A DNA stretch of 64,000 bases from Heterodontus francisci (taxonomy: Eukaryota), in the NCBI RefSeq assembly GCF_036365525.1, contig NC_090404.1, positions 6,820,001-6,884,000 of the forward strand, in the 5' to 3' direction. Of this stretch, positions 13,470-27,003 are shown piece after piece. The notes beneath the pieces are model-generated. The model did no database searches. It was not told the origin of the DNA and saw only the letters and a list, made by a program, of their open reading frames with translations. The translations under genes were made by a program, and so were the position numbers. The number at the start of each line of letters is the position of its first letter. Position 1 is the stretch's first letter.

Positions 13470-13750
13470 CCTGAAAACCACCGAGTCCACGCCGACCATC
13501 AACCACCCATTTATACGAATCCTACATTAATCCCATTACCCTCTCACATCCCCACCTTTTCCTGCACGAGGTAGCACAGTAGGGGCAGGTTATAGCGGCC
13601 AGTTTACCAATCAACTGTGGGAGGAATGCAGAGCACCCAGCGAAAACCCACGCAGTCACAAGGAGAACTTGTAAACTCTGCACAGGCAGTACTCAGAATC
13701 GAACGCGGGTTGTAGGAGCTGTGAAGCTGCGGTGCTAACCACTGCGCCAC
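13470..13750 (-). mobile_element. HE1-like V-SINE copy
   Basis: gagcacccagcgaaaacccacgcagtcacaaggagaacttgtaaactc core typical of V-SINEs; paralogous to 17830-18135. Confidence 0.7.
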
Positions 13751-14039
13751 CCTACTTGCGCCTCTGTGAAATTAGTACAGTCCCACATCGAAGGAGCATA
13801 AATTGCAACTTTATTTAACGCTTTATATTCATCGTAAGTCATTGCCACAGTTAAATATATCCTGTGGGTGTTACACATCGTGGTCACAAATTCAAACGTC
13901 CTGAACTCCTTTAAACACACTCCCCAGAGGCTCTCCATTCAGTCCATTCATGTACTGAATGAATTGTTCACGAATTGCACGTGTGAGTTCAGTACTTCAG
14001 TGAGATGTGCTCAGGTTGATGGGAAAGGGTCACTGTGAT

Positions 14040-14600
14040 AAGAATATAAGAAATAAGGGCAGGATTAGGCCATTAGGCCCCTCCAGCCTGCCAACCATTC
14101 AATAAGTTCATGGCTGATCTGATTGCTACCTCAACTCCACTTTCCTGCTTGCCTCCCATAACACTTGACCCCCTAGTCAATCACAAATTGGCAAATTTTG
14201 AGATTCTGCTCTGTATTCCAAGATCCAAGTCATTTATATGTCGCCTTTGGTTACGTTGCAGTTCACCTTGAATCTGTTCCCTCTGGTTACTGACCCTTCT
14301 TTCACTGGAAATATTTTCAGCTTATTTATTCTACCAAAATGCTTCATGATTTTGAACGCCTCTATGAAATCTTCTTTTAATCTTCTCTGCTATCAGCGGA
14401 ACAATCTCGTTTCCTTCACTCTCTCCACGTAATTGAAATCTTTCATCCCTGGCGGTACCATTTCAGAAAATCTTTTCCAGACCCTCTCCAACTCCCCGAA
14501 GTCCTTCTGAAAATGTGGTAGCCAGAACTGGGCACAATACTCCCGCTGAGACCGACTGGAGTTTTGGAAAAGTTTATCATAAGCATTCTTTTTCAACTCG
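14040..14600 (-). mobile_element. CR1 3' fragment
   Basis: Minus translation EYCAQFWLPHFQKDFGELERVWKRF; CR1-type 3' end near 14040. Confidence 0.75.
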
Positions 14601-15518
14601 AGTAATCTATGGCCGAGTGTAATGAGAACTGAGGTAAGAGTTAATGTAATATAAACAGATACATGGCGTGGTTTAGTTATTACTGAGTCAGAATCTAGTG
14701 CAGTATGAATTGACGCATTGTGCAAAGCAGTAATAAATGAGACAGTATCTAGTGTCATAGAAACAAAGCCGTAGTGGAATGCAGTAATAATTGAGACGAT
14801 GTCGAGTGTAATATAGACAGAGACGTGACATACCGTAATAGAAACATTGAAATCATCTTGCGTAATAAATTTAGAGCTTTGGTCAAATGTATTAAATTAT
14901 CAGCAACTACGCTTTGAATAGAAGGAAGTAAAATGCTAAAACATAATTTCTGGAGATAATAATCTATCTTAATCGAATCCACTTGTACGTATGTATTACA
15001 ACGTGCCTTCTATACAAACACACATATTATATATATGCATATATAAACACACAGATGCATACATACATGCACATACATACACACTTGTGCGTGTGTTTGT
15101 GTGTTTGTGTGTTTATGTGTGCTTGGTTAGTTTTCGGTTGTTCCGATCTCGCAGCTGAGAGTTATGCTATTCAGTGGATTTTAGGACCATGTGGCAGCCC
15201 ATACAGCTGTGCTGTGTGATCACAGTTCCAGACTCTTTCTGACACAGTCAATGGGTCAGACGAAAGCTAAAGAGAAACCCCTGCAGGGTAAAAAGAAAAT
15301 CAATCCTTCACCACAAAAAGAAACTGTCAGCAATTATCACAGTACAGCACAAGAGTGTATTAGTAAACGTGAACACAACAGTTTATCACTAAGTAGTGTA
15401 TCCATATAATAGTGAAACGATCTGGCCGGGCCTCATATAATATAAAAAAAAAGTCATGGTCCAATGTAATTAAACAGTGTTATGATCTAACGTGATATTC
15501 AATTCAATTCAATTTCAG

Positions 15519-15755
15519 TTTATTGACGATAAGTTGAATTGGGCGGAACATTGTAGAGATGTGGTGCCAAAGAACGTAAACGAATGTCCTACCTCAGAAA
15601 GTTAAAATCCTTTCGAGTAGATCCCACAATCATGAAACTCTTCTATGCGGCTGTAGTTGAGAGTGCTATCCTTTTCGGATGTCTCTCCTGCTACTGATGT
15701 CTTAGGAATGGAGATTTTGTAAGAGTACAGAGATTATTGAACCAGGCAGGAAGGG
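15519..15755 (+). mobile_element. Rex1/Babar-like LINE RT C-terminal fragment
   Basis: Translates IDDKLNWAEH...RMSYLRKLKSFRVDPTIMKLFYAAVVESAILFG, resembling the post-RT domain of Rex1/Babar elements. Confidence 0.65.
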
Positions 15756-16479
15756 TAGAAAGATAGAAAATCCAGCAGGAAAAACATCACTTCGCAATAA
15801 AAAGAAACCGTGAGCAATTGTCACAGTACTAGATAACAGTGAATTAGTAAATTTTAACACAACTTTCTGAAAAATAGTGAAAAATAAAATGCACTATTGC
15901 TCACCTTTAGTCCTGTCCTTCATTCCCAGTTCATCTCTGGGTGATTGTTATGTTATTCCAGCTGAGGCCTACCCTTTTTTTTGGAAAAGATTGGCATAAT
16001 CATTATTTTTCTGCTCGAATCGTCTATGGCTTAGTAACAATGAGAACTCAGGCAAGGCCGAATGCAGTAGACTAAGCTTTATTCTGTGCACTTTAGAAGA
16101 ATGAGAGATGATCTCATTCAAACATGCAAAATTCTTACAGGACTCGGCCTGTTAGATGCAGGAAGCATGTTTCCCCCGGCTGGGGAGTCTAGAACTAGGA
16201 GGCATAGTCTCAGAATAAGGGGCAGGCCATTTAGTACTAAGATGAGAAGGAATGCTCTGTCCCAGAGGGCTGTGGAGGCTCAGTCTTTGAGTATGTTCAA
16301 GACTGAGATCAGTAGATTTCTACAGTTTAAAAACAACAAGGGATACTGGAATAGTGCAGGAAATTGGTATTGAAGTTAAAGATCATCTATGATCTAATTG
16401 AATGGTGGAGCGGACTCTAAGAGCTGAATGGCCTACTCCTGCTCTCATTTCTTATGTAATATAAACATAGAAATAGTCC

Positions 16480-17085
16480 TGTGGTACACATTACATTACA
16501 CTCGACCCTGTTTACGTTACGCTCGATACTGCCTCAGGTCTTACTGCACGAGACAATCTCTCTCTCTCTCTCTCTGTCTGTTTCTCTCTCTCTCTCTCTC
16601 TCACTCTCCCCCTCTCTCTCTGTTTATATTGCACCTTCTCCTCCCTCAATTATTAAACCATGTTTCTATTTCCATTGCACTAGATCCTGCCTCAGTTATT
16701 ACTCGACTAAATCAAGTCTATGCTGACATTTCACGAATTTCACTAGATCCTGTCTCTGTTTATGTTACACTAGCCCCTGCCTCCTTTATTACTGCAATAG
16801 AACATGTCTCTGTTTATATTGCACCAGGCTCTGTTCCAGCTTACTATATTAGAGCAGTGTAGTTATTAGTGCAGGAGACCATTTTTCTGTTTATAATACA
16901 TTAGGCCTTGCCCATTTATTACTGCATTAGATCATGTTCCCTATATATTACACTAGACTATGTTGCTTTTTATATTATGCTGGGCCGTGCCTCAGTTATT
17001 GCTGCACTAGGACATATCTCTATTTATACCATTAAACCATATCATTCCGTGTAGTATGTTAGTTTCTGCCTCAGTTATTAATGAA
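16480..17085 (+). repeat. 27-bp degenerate minisatellite array, with a CT microsatellite at 16557-16620
   Basis: Units like ctagaccctgtctctgtttatattaca. Confidence 0.8.
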
Positions 17086-17829
17086 CTTAATCATAAAAAT
17101 ATTTTCATATAAAAATATACATCAGGGAGGAAATAATGAAGGTAACAGGCTAAAAATGAAGTGACTGGCAACAGAAATGGTGCGAAATTCACTGGAAATC
17201 ATCTAGTGTTTCATTCCTATGCAAAGAAGTAAAATAACAAATCAGTCATTTACAGATTTATTAACTTCACATCAGGTACAGTAGTTTCATTTTTACCATC
17301 ACTTGCATAAATCATCACACATGTGAGGTACATACCAGCAGCTACTGTGTGACGGTGAGGTGATTATTAAACAATAAAACACAGAGACTGGTGAGTAGCT
17401 GCTCATTATCCTCGAACTGCAATTACATTCTGAATTTTAAAAATTGCTAAAAAATGATTGAAGATAATTATTTATATTTGTGGAATTGCAAACAATATGT
17501 TGTGTTCTGTACACATACACAAACGCATATATAATGAACAATTTGGGGGTTATTTTGGTAAAAGGGGGAAAGCAGGGGCTAAATGGGCACTGTTCTAATG
17601 AAACACCCCTCTTTGAATGTCTGGATTTAGCACCCAATTCTGATCTAAATGCTGATTACCATAATTGAACTTGCCTGGAGTAGCTAAACCGGTGACCTGC
17701 AGATTCAGCACTAAAGTACTGAATAACAACAATTTTCTTGAAGCAGTATATGTGAGTTCCATGCACCCACTTCCCCAATAAGTGTGGGGCGGTCTTGCTG
17801 ACAGACAGTGACATGTTTCAGGATAGAGT

Positions 17830-18135
17830 CATAAACTGATACAGCACTGAAACAGGCCCTTCGGCACACCGAGTCTGTGCCGACCAACAACCACCCATAT
17901 ATATGCTACATTAATCCCATATTCCCTACCACATCTCTATCATTCTCCTACCACCTACCTACACTAGAGGCAATTTACAATGGCAAACTTACCCATCAAC
18001 CTGCAGTCTTTGGCTGTGTGAGGAAACCGGAGCATCCGGTGTAAACCCACGCGGTCACAGGGAGAACTTGTAAACTCCATACAGGCAGTACACAGGACTG
18101 AACCCGCATCGCTGGAGATATGAGGCTGCGGTGCT
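17830..18135 (-). mobile_element. HE1-like V-SINE copy
   Basis: gaggaaaccggagcatccggtgtaaacccacgcggtcacagggagaacttgtaaactcc core with a CR1-like 3' tail. Confidence 0.7.
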
Positions 18136-18153
18136 CAGGAACCAATTACGTGA

Positions 18154-18243
18154 ATGCACAGATTCTCAGACACAGCATTGTAGGTCCTGGTGGAGGAGAT
18201 CCAGGGGAGGAGGGATATCCTGTACCCGCAACGGGGAGGAAGC
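18154..18243 (+). mobile_element. Fragment of a Myb/SANT-like gene of a PIF/Harbinger-type transposon
   Basis: MHRFSDTAL*VLVEEIQGRRDILYP resembles the RFS..L..LV.E....R..L. helix of Harbinger Myb-like proteins. Confidence 0.5.
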
Positions 18244-19192
18244 CCAGTTCACCCTCCTTTCTCACTATCCTACAGCTACTGTGGCTGCTCTGCCTGGCCT
18301 CAAGTCCTGCCCCCATTCGTCCAACCAGCAAGATGCCAATGATCAAGTACTTCTTTTCTCCTCGTGACTCCTCTAAGGTAAGGTCGCACAGCTCTTACAC
18401 TATTCGGGTGAAGCCCCGTAGAATTTCCAAGAATAAATGTTGATAGGGTGTTCGCGAAGTCGAAAAAGTGTCCCAGAAATTCTCCCGATGGGTTTCAAAA
18501 GTCCTCTTCAAACATTCAGCAGCAAATGGACAGGAAAAGGTGATGTACCTTGAAGTGGCACAAAAACCTCTGCAACAACTTTTTACTCTTAATCAGCTGG
18601 TTGCTGTTTAGAGAGAGGGTCGGGCAAGTTCTAGTTAACAAAATGGAGTGCAGCCTTTTTAATGAGAGCTAACATACAATTTCAGTGACAATCGGCTGCT
18701 GAATGAGCCTCTAGGCAGCCTCTTCTAGCTCAAGGATCAACTCTTTTACCAAGAAGGCATCTTCCGTTAAACGCAGGCTGATTCAATGCTTCAGCTTCAT
18801 ATCCAACCTTGGCTCCATTGGAAGCTCAATGGCTCTTAAAGTATCTGGGAAACCGCCCCCACTGTCATATCATGAACCAATAATCTCTCCATTCCCCCTT
18901 GTCTGTTGATGCAGACATTAAAGCTCCCATGGTTCCCACACTGTGTCCTTGTCAACATTCCTCCTTTCTACCAAGATCAACAAAAACACATTTACAAGAG
19001 TACAGCCACTTTACTCTATTACTGATGTTTCTGCGCAGAAATCGGCCACGTTTTTCTGGAATTAGTTGCACCTCAAAATTTGAGAGCTCCCAGAGAAGGT
19101 GATTAGGTGGTACATCAACACAAGTTGTTTTTTGATGTATTTATGTCAGGATTTGACATCGACATTTTCACAATAGGCGCAATGGCGAAACG

Positions 19193-19211
19193 TGGCCACC
19201 AGGTGTCAGTA
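19193..19211 (+). promoter_or_regulatory. CTCF-like motif
   Basis: tggccaccaggtgtcagta versus consensus TGGCCACCAGGKGGCRCTA. Confidence 0.6.
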
Positions 19212-19249
19212 AAAGCTCGATTGTTCACATTACATGAAACAGGCGGTGC

Positions 19250-21265
19250 CTCAATTATTACTGCTCTTGACCCTGTCTCTGTTTATATTACATTATGCCC
19301 TGTATCAGTTATTACTGCACACGTCTCTGACTCTGTTTATATTACACTAAGCTCAGTTTCTATTTATAATACACGAGACCCTGTCTCCGTTTAAATAAAA
19401 CTTGACCCTGTCTCTGTTATTACTGCACTAGGCCATATCTCTGTTTATATTACACTAAATGCTGTCTCTGTTAATGTTGCACTGTCATTTCCTATTTGTA
19501 TTGCAACAAATGTTGTCTCTGATCATATTAAAAAAGTCCATGTCTCAGTTATTTATGTATTGTTCCAATCTCAGGTGTTTCTGTTTATTGAACACAATGC
19601 CCTGTCCCAGTTATTAGTGCGTCTGTTTATATTATACGAGGCCTTGTCTCAGTTCTTATGGCACTAGGCCCTGTTTCTGTTTAAATTACATTAGACCGTT
19701 TCTCTGCTTATATTACACAGTATCCTGTCTCCGCTTATATTGCATTAGACCCTACTTTAGTCCATTTTGCATCAGATGTTGGCTGTTTATATTGCACTTG
19801 GTAATTTTTCTATTTGTATTTCAACAAACATTGTCTTTGATCATAATAAAGCAGTCCATGCCTCATTTTTTTCCACATTTGCCCAATCTCAGGTGTGAAT
19901 ATACTAAACAATGTTTCTGCTTGTATCACGCAATGCCCTATCTCAGGCATTAATGCATTAGACCCGTGTGTCTGTTTATATTGCTGTAGGCCCTGCCTTG
20001 GTTATTGCTGCACTAGATTATGTTTATCTTTGTATCACAGAATGCCCTGTCTCTGTTATTATTGCACTAAACCATCTCTCTGTTACTATTACATGGATCC
20101 CTGTCTCACTAATTGCACACTTGTTCTTATCTCACCTCATAAAAAAAATGAGACCCTGTGTCAGTAATCACGACACTCAGGTCTGTCTCAGTTTATATTG
20201 CACAATGTCCTCTATTAGTTGAACCTGCACTGGACCTTGACTCAGTTTTTCATATACTAGACCCTGTCTCACTTGTTACTACACTCTACCATGCCCCTGT
20301 TCATATTACACAAGACTCTGTCTCAATTATTACTGCACTCAACTCACTTCATGTTACACTCGATTATATATCTGTTTAAATTACATCAGACCATATCTGT
20401 TGTTCCTGCACTAGACCCAATCTCAGTTTATACTACAATGGGCCCTGTCTTGGTAATTACTGAACTACACCCAGTGTTGGTTTATATTACTGTAGGTCCT
20501 GTAATTTGTGCACTGGACCCTGGCTTTGTATTACTGCACCAGACCCTGTTCCTGTTTATAATACAACAGAGCCTGTCTATGACTCTGTCCCAGTTCTTTC
20601 AACATTCGACCCTGTCTCAGCTGTTACTGCACTGGTCACTGTCTCTATTTATATTACACTCTGTAAAATCTCAGTTAGTGTTGAACATGTCTTTGTTTAT
20701 ATTATATTAGGCCCTTTCTCAGTTAATGTTGCACTGGTCCATGTCTCAGTTGATATTAATTGAGGCCTTGCATCAATCATTACTGTACTAGGCCCTGCCA
20801 CAGTTATTACTGCACCACATAATGTCTGTTTGTTTTGCACTAGAGACTGTCTCATATTAGACTAGACCTTGTTTCAGTCGTCACTGGACATTGTCGTGTC
20901 TCTGTTTATATTACACTAGACCCTGTCTCTGTTTATATTACACTGGACCCTGTCTCTGTTATATCACACTAGACCATGTCCCTGTTTATATTGCGTGAGA
21001 CCCTGTTTCTGTTGTTATTAAACAAGACCGTGTCTCTGTTTATATTACTGTAGACCCTATCTCTATTTATATTACTCTATGCCCAGTTTCAGACCCTATT
21101 AGACCTATTACACTTGATCCTATTCATATTAAACTAGACCATGTCTGTTTATATTGCACTAGATCCTGCCTCTACTTACGTTACTCGAGGCCCAGTCTCC
21201 ACATCCTATTAGACCTATTGCACTTGAACCTGTCGGGTTATCACTGAAATAGGCCATGTCTCATT
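19250..21265 (+). repeat. Large 27-bp minisatellite array
   Basis: Near-perfect adjacent units at 20901-20960 (tctgtttatattacactagaccctgtc); degenerate units throughout. Confidence 0.9.
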
Positions 21266-21297
21266 GAGATGATGAAATATTATTATAAAAAGATGTT

Positions 21298-21483
21298 AGG
21301 CTGGAAATTGGTCTCGTGTATCAGCTCAAAACGGGCACTATCTGATCGGCCGCCCGTTCTACCCAACCCCTGATATTCAGTTTCATTTCAGTCAATGGAA
21401 TTAAATATCAGGTGCTGCCTATACCGGGCGATCAGTCCAATACTGACCGTTCTGTGCCACTGCCTGAGACCAATTTCTAACTC
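21298..21483. mobile_element. MITE-like element with terminal inverted repeats
   Basis: ggctggaaattggtctc ... gagaccaatttctaac termini and an internal palindrome cctgatatt...aatatcagg. Confidence 0.65.
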
Positions 21484-22204
21484 ATATATTTATGTGTGTG
21501 GGAAGGTGTAATCATTTTCTGTCTGACAGAATATTCTTGTTAATAGCTTTCCGCAGATCTGTGCAATTTCTATTTTTCTTGTATAATGTGGGTAATATTT
21601 AGGTTGAATGGATGGGGTGAATCTTGTAACAATCTCCCAGAGATGAACTGGGATTGAGGAACAGGACCAAAGTCGAGCAGTAGTGCACTGCACTTTACAC
21701 TACTTAGTGACAAACAGCGTTGTGTAAAGTGTACTAATTCATACTTGTGATGTACTGTGACCATTGCTCAGTTTTCAATGTTAAAGATTTATTTCCCTGC
21801 AGGACTTTTCAATTTAACTTTCACCTGACCTACTGACTGTGTTAGACAGAGCCTGGAACAGTAACCTCACAGAATAAGATGATGGACAGCAACTGACTCC
21901 TAATGCCAACCTTTTTCATTCATTCATGGGATGTGAGATTTACAACGCATTCCTAATTGCCTTTGAGAAGATGGTGAGCTGCCTGACTGAATCGCTTCAG
22001 TCCTTGAGGTTTCGCTACACCCGCAGTGCTGCTAAGGAGGGAGTTCCATGTTTTTGACCCAGCGACAGTGAAGAAACAGCGATATAGTTCCATGTCAGGA
22101 TGGTATGTGACTTGGAGGGGAACTTGCATGTGGTGGTGTTCCCATGCATCTGCTGCCCTTGTCCATCTACGTGGTAGAGGTCTTGGGTTTGGAAGGTGCT
22201 GTCG

Positions 22205-23400
22205 AGAGAGATATGGTCAAGTGCAGTAATAAAAGAGATAAGACCTGTTGTTATAAGAAAAGATATATGGGCTAGTACAGTAATAAATACAGACAGGATC
22301 TCGTGTGATATTAATATAGGTATGGGCTGGTGCAGTAAAAACAGAGACAGGACTTGGTGTCATATAAATGGAGATATGGACTAGTGCAGCAGTAACAGAG
22401 ACAAGACCTGGTCAAATATAAACAGAGATATGGACGAGTGGAGTAATAACAGATCCAGGACCTGGCGTAATAGGAACAGATATTTGGAACTAGTGCAGTA
22501 ATAACAGCGCAGGCCCTGATGTAATAGAAATAGAGATATGGACTAGTGCAGTATAAATGGAACAGTAAAATAAAAGCAAAATACTGCGGATGCTGGAAAT
22601 CTGAAACAAAAACAAGAAATGCTGGATTCACTCAGCAGGTCTGGCAGCATCTGTGGAAAGAGAAGCAGAGTTAACGTTTCGGGTCAGTGACCCTTCTTCG
22701 GAACAGTAAATGGAACAGTACCTGGTGTAATATAAACAGAGATATGGACGACTGCAGTAATAAAAGAGACAGGCCTGGTGTAATATAAACAGAGAAATGG
22801 GCTAGTGCAGAAATAACAGAGCCAGGACCTCAGGTGAAACTGGAAGAAACATGTCTTTAATAATAATTGAAACAATATTTTGTACAATAATAACTGTAAG
22901 TTGTCACAGTGTAACACTAACAAGCACAAGGTCGACGTTAACAGTAGCAGAAACAGACTTCTATTAAAACCGTACCGAGACAGGTTTCTGATACAAATAA
23001 TAGGCATGCACTAGAATTGGAATAACAGGCAGGTTATTTTTCTAATAACAGTGCCATGTCTAAGTCTAACAATTACACAGACAGGGTCTAATACAATAAG
23101 AGTGGAGACAGGCCCAGAGTAATAACAACAAAGTCTTGGCTAACTTTCAGTGTAACACAGACAGTGTTTGGTCCAACAGTACAGAGGCAGGTTGACGTGT
23201 ATGACTGAACACATCACTGGATCCAGTGTGATGATAACACTGTCCGTATTATTGCACTGAAAGCAAAGTTTGCATATCATATAATAGTGTGCGTGTGTCA
23301 GGGCCGATTGATATAACAGCAAATGCTTTGCCTAATGCCTAATAAACTGCAATCGGAATGGGATGGGGTTAATGTAATAACGCAGGTACGGCCTCGTGTA
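22205..23400 (-). repeat. 27-bp minisatellite array, inverted orientation
   Basis: Units such as gtgtaatataaacagagatatggacta, the reverse complement of the 19-21 kb array. Confidence 0.75.
22571..22704 (-). mobile_element. Short Penelope-like insert with minimal hammerhead-like core
   Basis: Flanking direct repeat taaatggaacagta; minus strand GTT CCGAAGA A GGGTC ACT GACCC GAAA CGTT AAC. Confidence 0.65.
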
Positions 23401-24145
23401 ATTTGAACTGGGAGCAGATTATGTCAGTATTGACTAATTGGTTACACTCTTACCCCGAGTCAGAAGGTTGTGGGTTCAAACCCCAGTCCAGAGAGTCGAC
23501 CGCATTATATAGCCTGATGCTCATCGTACTGGTATAACTGCAAGTCTTTCTGCTCGTTTGCCCACTACTTTCTTAGACTCAGAAGAGTGAGGAGAATGAC
23601 AGACGGAGCAACTCTGGACACTTTCTCCATCCAGAGAGGCAGGGGTTCCTGGGACATCATTGCAGGTTTGACGTGCCCACCCACTCCTGAAAAAACAACC
23701 TCTTCCCCCTTTGGTTGGTGAAGGGACTGCAGAGTCCGGGGCAGACTGGGACCTGGTATAATAATAATCACAGAGGCCAACTCCAGGGTATCAGTAACAG
23801 AGGCTGCTTTTACTGCAGGAACTCTTACACTGAGGAAAGCAGGAGGCCTAATAAACATCCCATTGTAAAGGAAGACGAGGTGCAGCGAAGCAATGATGTG
23901 TTGGGCCTAGTGCAGGCGTCTGTGTTATGGTGAGTGACACAGGGATTTGTGTGATAAAATAGGAGTGGAAACATCATGACAGAGGCACGTGTGACTGACT
24001 CCACCTGACTAAGAGCTGATACACAAAAGGCCTTGATCATGAGGACATGACGGACTTCAGAGATTTCTGATATCTGAGGTGACAATGGTGCATCTCTCAG
24101 AGGAACCGAAAAGATTCTGTTCCTTCGCACCCTTCTTCAGCGGTC

Positions 24146-24530
24146 AGCTGTGCCTCAGTTGGTAACACGCTCATCTCTGAGTCACAATCTTCCGGGTTCA
24201 AGAACTACTCCAGAGCTTGAGCACATAAATCAAGCCTGACACTATATTTCAGTACTGAGCAAGCGCTGCACTGTCGGAGGTGTCGTCTTTCAGATGAGAT
24301 GTTAAACCGAGGCCCCATCTGCCTGCTCGGGTGAATATAAAAGATAGCACGGTACTAATTGGGAGGAGAGCAAGGGAGTTATCCCCGGTGTTCTGGCCAA
24401 TATTTATTCCCCAATTGGTTGTTACATTTCCTACATTACAACAGTGACAACACTTCAAAAGTACTTAATTGGCTGTAAAGCTTTTTGAAACGTCCGTTGG
24501 TTGAGGAAGGCGCTATATAACTGCAAGCCT
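24146..24530 (+). mobile_element. tRNA-headed DeuSINE-like element
   Basis: A/B-box-like head (ctcagttggta...gggttcaag) and Deu-domain-like core gcgctgcactgtcggaggtgtcgtctttcagatgagatgttaaaccgaggcccc. Confidence 0.7.
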
Positions 24531-26939
24531 CTTTTTTTCTTTTTTGCAGTCGCCATGTTACACAGAAACACAGCGGCTGGATCTGACAGTTCATAGAAAC
24601 CGATGTTTTAAATTTTCTGTTTGAGGCATATAGTGCCTGAAAAGATAACACTTCAAAACGTCACCAGAGGAAAATTCAGTGTTAAAAAAATGAGTGAGCT
24701 GTCCAATTAGTCCCATTCCTCAAAACGCTGCCAATTTGCTTCCCATCAGGTAATTATCCAATTCCCTTTGCAAGTTACTATTCAATCTGCTTCCAGCGGC
24801 CTTTCATGCTGTGCATTCCAGTTCACAACAAAGCGCTGTATTAAACAAAAAAAAATTCTCACCTCCCCCTCTGGTTCTGTTCCAAAATATCTTAAATCTC
24901 TGTGCCCTCTGGTTACAAACCCTCCTGCTATTTGAAACAGTTTCTCCCGATCTACTCTATCAAAAATCCTTCCAGTTTTTGCATACCTCTATTAAATTTC
25001 CCCTTAACCTCGTCTGCTCTAAAGAGGACAACCCATGTTTCTCCTTATAGATCCGATCAAGAACCCCGCATTGTTTTGAACATCTCTATCAAATAGGAAA
25101 ACACACAGATGGGGAGAGATTCGGGGAGAACGAGAGACAGAAAGCCATGACACAAAAACAGAGAGACTTTTAAAAAAGGCAGAATCATGAGACGGTGAGA
25201 GATAAAAGCTGAGAAATAGAGGGAACAAGGAACACACAGAGAGAATGATATAAAATGAAAGGGAAAAAAAACTACTAGCTCCCAGTTTCAGAGAGCAGAG
25301 GGAGCTCAGTGACTGATCCACAGACACTGCCAGTTATGTCCTGGAATGGAGACTCGAAACAGAAACAACAGGTTCATTTGTAAATGTCACCACATTGTGA
25401 TCTGTGTGACTCTGCACCGACTCTGTGGACAGATATAGGCCGCCTTGGCGGATGTTTCCATCAGATTGTGGCCGCTGGATTTATTTTTTGCTCAAAAGTG
25501 AGATGTGCGGTTTTGAACTGGCAGCAAAGTAACAGGAAGTTGTGTTACCTGAGAATGAAATCGCAGGCGTCAGTTTCATGTTATCGCCATGAACAGTCTT
25601 CCTGCCTGTGAGGGATGATTCACTCTGACAGCACCAAGAACCAGCACACAGATTGCTTCTGGTCTCAACATTACATTCACCTCCATTTACATTTAAAGAA
25701 TAAAACACATGAGTTTATTTGGGTTTCAACACATTTGCTGAAGGGGAGATGGATTTAGGATCATCACTTGGAGAAATCAACAAAATGAAATTTCCCCAAA
25801 GACAATGATTAGAAAATAGGAGAGTTTAAGCGAGTCAGAGGCTGTCTGACAGAGAGCGAGAGAGAGAGAGAGACAGAGAGAGAGAGGGAGAGAGAGGCTA
25901 GAGTTTCAGGGAGCTCAGTCGGCAAGAACGGAGAAAGGTTCAGTAAGTTCTGGTGTCTGAGAAAGGTGAGAGGTTCAGTGAGCTCAGTCTGGGAGAGAGG
26001 AGTGATGCTGAGAGTGAGTTCAGTGACAGACCCGCTCGCCTGAGTAACAAAATGGTGTGAGGTCGGTTTTCTAACCAAGAGTGGGTTGTGAATAATTGTT
26101 ATTAAACGATTTGCAATATTTTGAATAAATTGAAATTGAATTAAATGCTGAAAAACACTTGGTGGATGTAATCACTTATCTTGGTGCAATGCATTGCAAG
26201 CTTTGAGAAGTATGTGTTCTCGGCAAGCCGTATCCACACACAAACGCACACACAACAAACACAGACGACACACACACACATATACCTCACACACAGCCAC
26301 CCACAGAGCACTCACCCACACCCACACACATAAATACACATAATCCCCCCACACAGCTACACACCACACGCATCACCCCCCACCCCACACCCCACTCACA
26401 AGCACACGCACAAAGTCACACACACAGCCACACATATAGCAAGCATTTTGTGTGAGATCGTTTCAGTTGCACCTCTTAACCAGTTGAGATATTTCTAATG
26501 AGGTGGGCGTTAGGACCCTAAGGCAGCCCTTCTGGTGGTGCTGTGAGGAAATTGTACCAGATTCTATCCAACACAAGCAGTGGGTCAGGCGAAAGTTAAA
26601 TAGAAAATCCGACAGAAAAAAAGATCCTTAACATAAAAAAACTGTCAGCAATGGACACAGTATAAAATAAGTATGAATTAGTAAACTTTAACAGAACAGA
26701 TGTTGTCACTAAATAATGTCAAGTACTATTGCACACCTTTAGTCCCGCCCCTCAATCCCAGTTCATATCTGAGAGATTGTTACAAGATTCACCCCATCCT
26801 TTTAACACGAATATTGCTCACATAATATCAGAGCAATTAGAAATTGCACACAGCTGCCTACCAATCAAAACTGATCAAATCCTCACACAGAAATGTATAT
26901 CTTTATTTAATATTAATATGTATGATCCTCACTGTCTGT

Positions 26940-27002
<63 letters not shown>
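26940..27002 (+). repeat. (TATC)n microsatellite
   Basis: Direct reading. Confidence 0.95.

Positions 27003-27003
<1 letters not shown>

Noticed and set aside
19107-20763. ORFs with repeated TLDPVSVYI-like peptides (also 16428-16862 and 40918-41331)
   Set aside because: By-product of the 27-bp (9-codon) minisatellite; frequent stops and frameshifts, and present in both orientations.
22875-22935. cacagtg with nearby nonamer-like sequence
   Set aside because: Spacer of 21 nt or a poor nonamer, and no adjacent coding segment.
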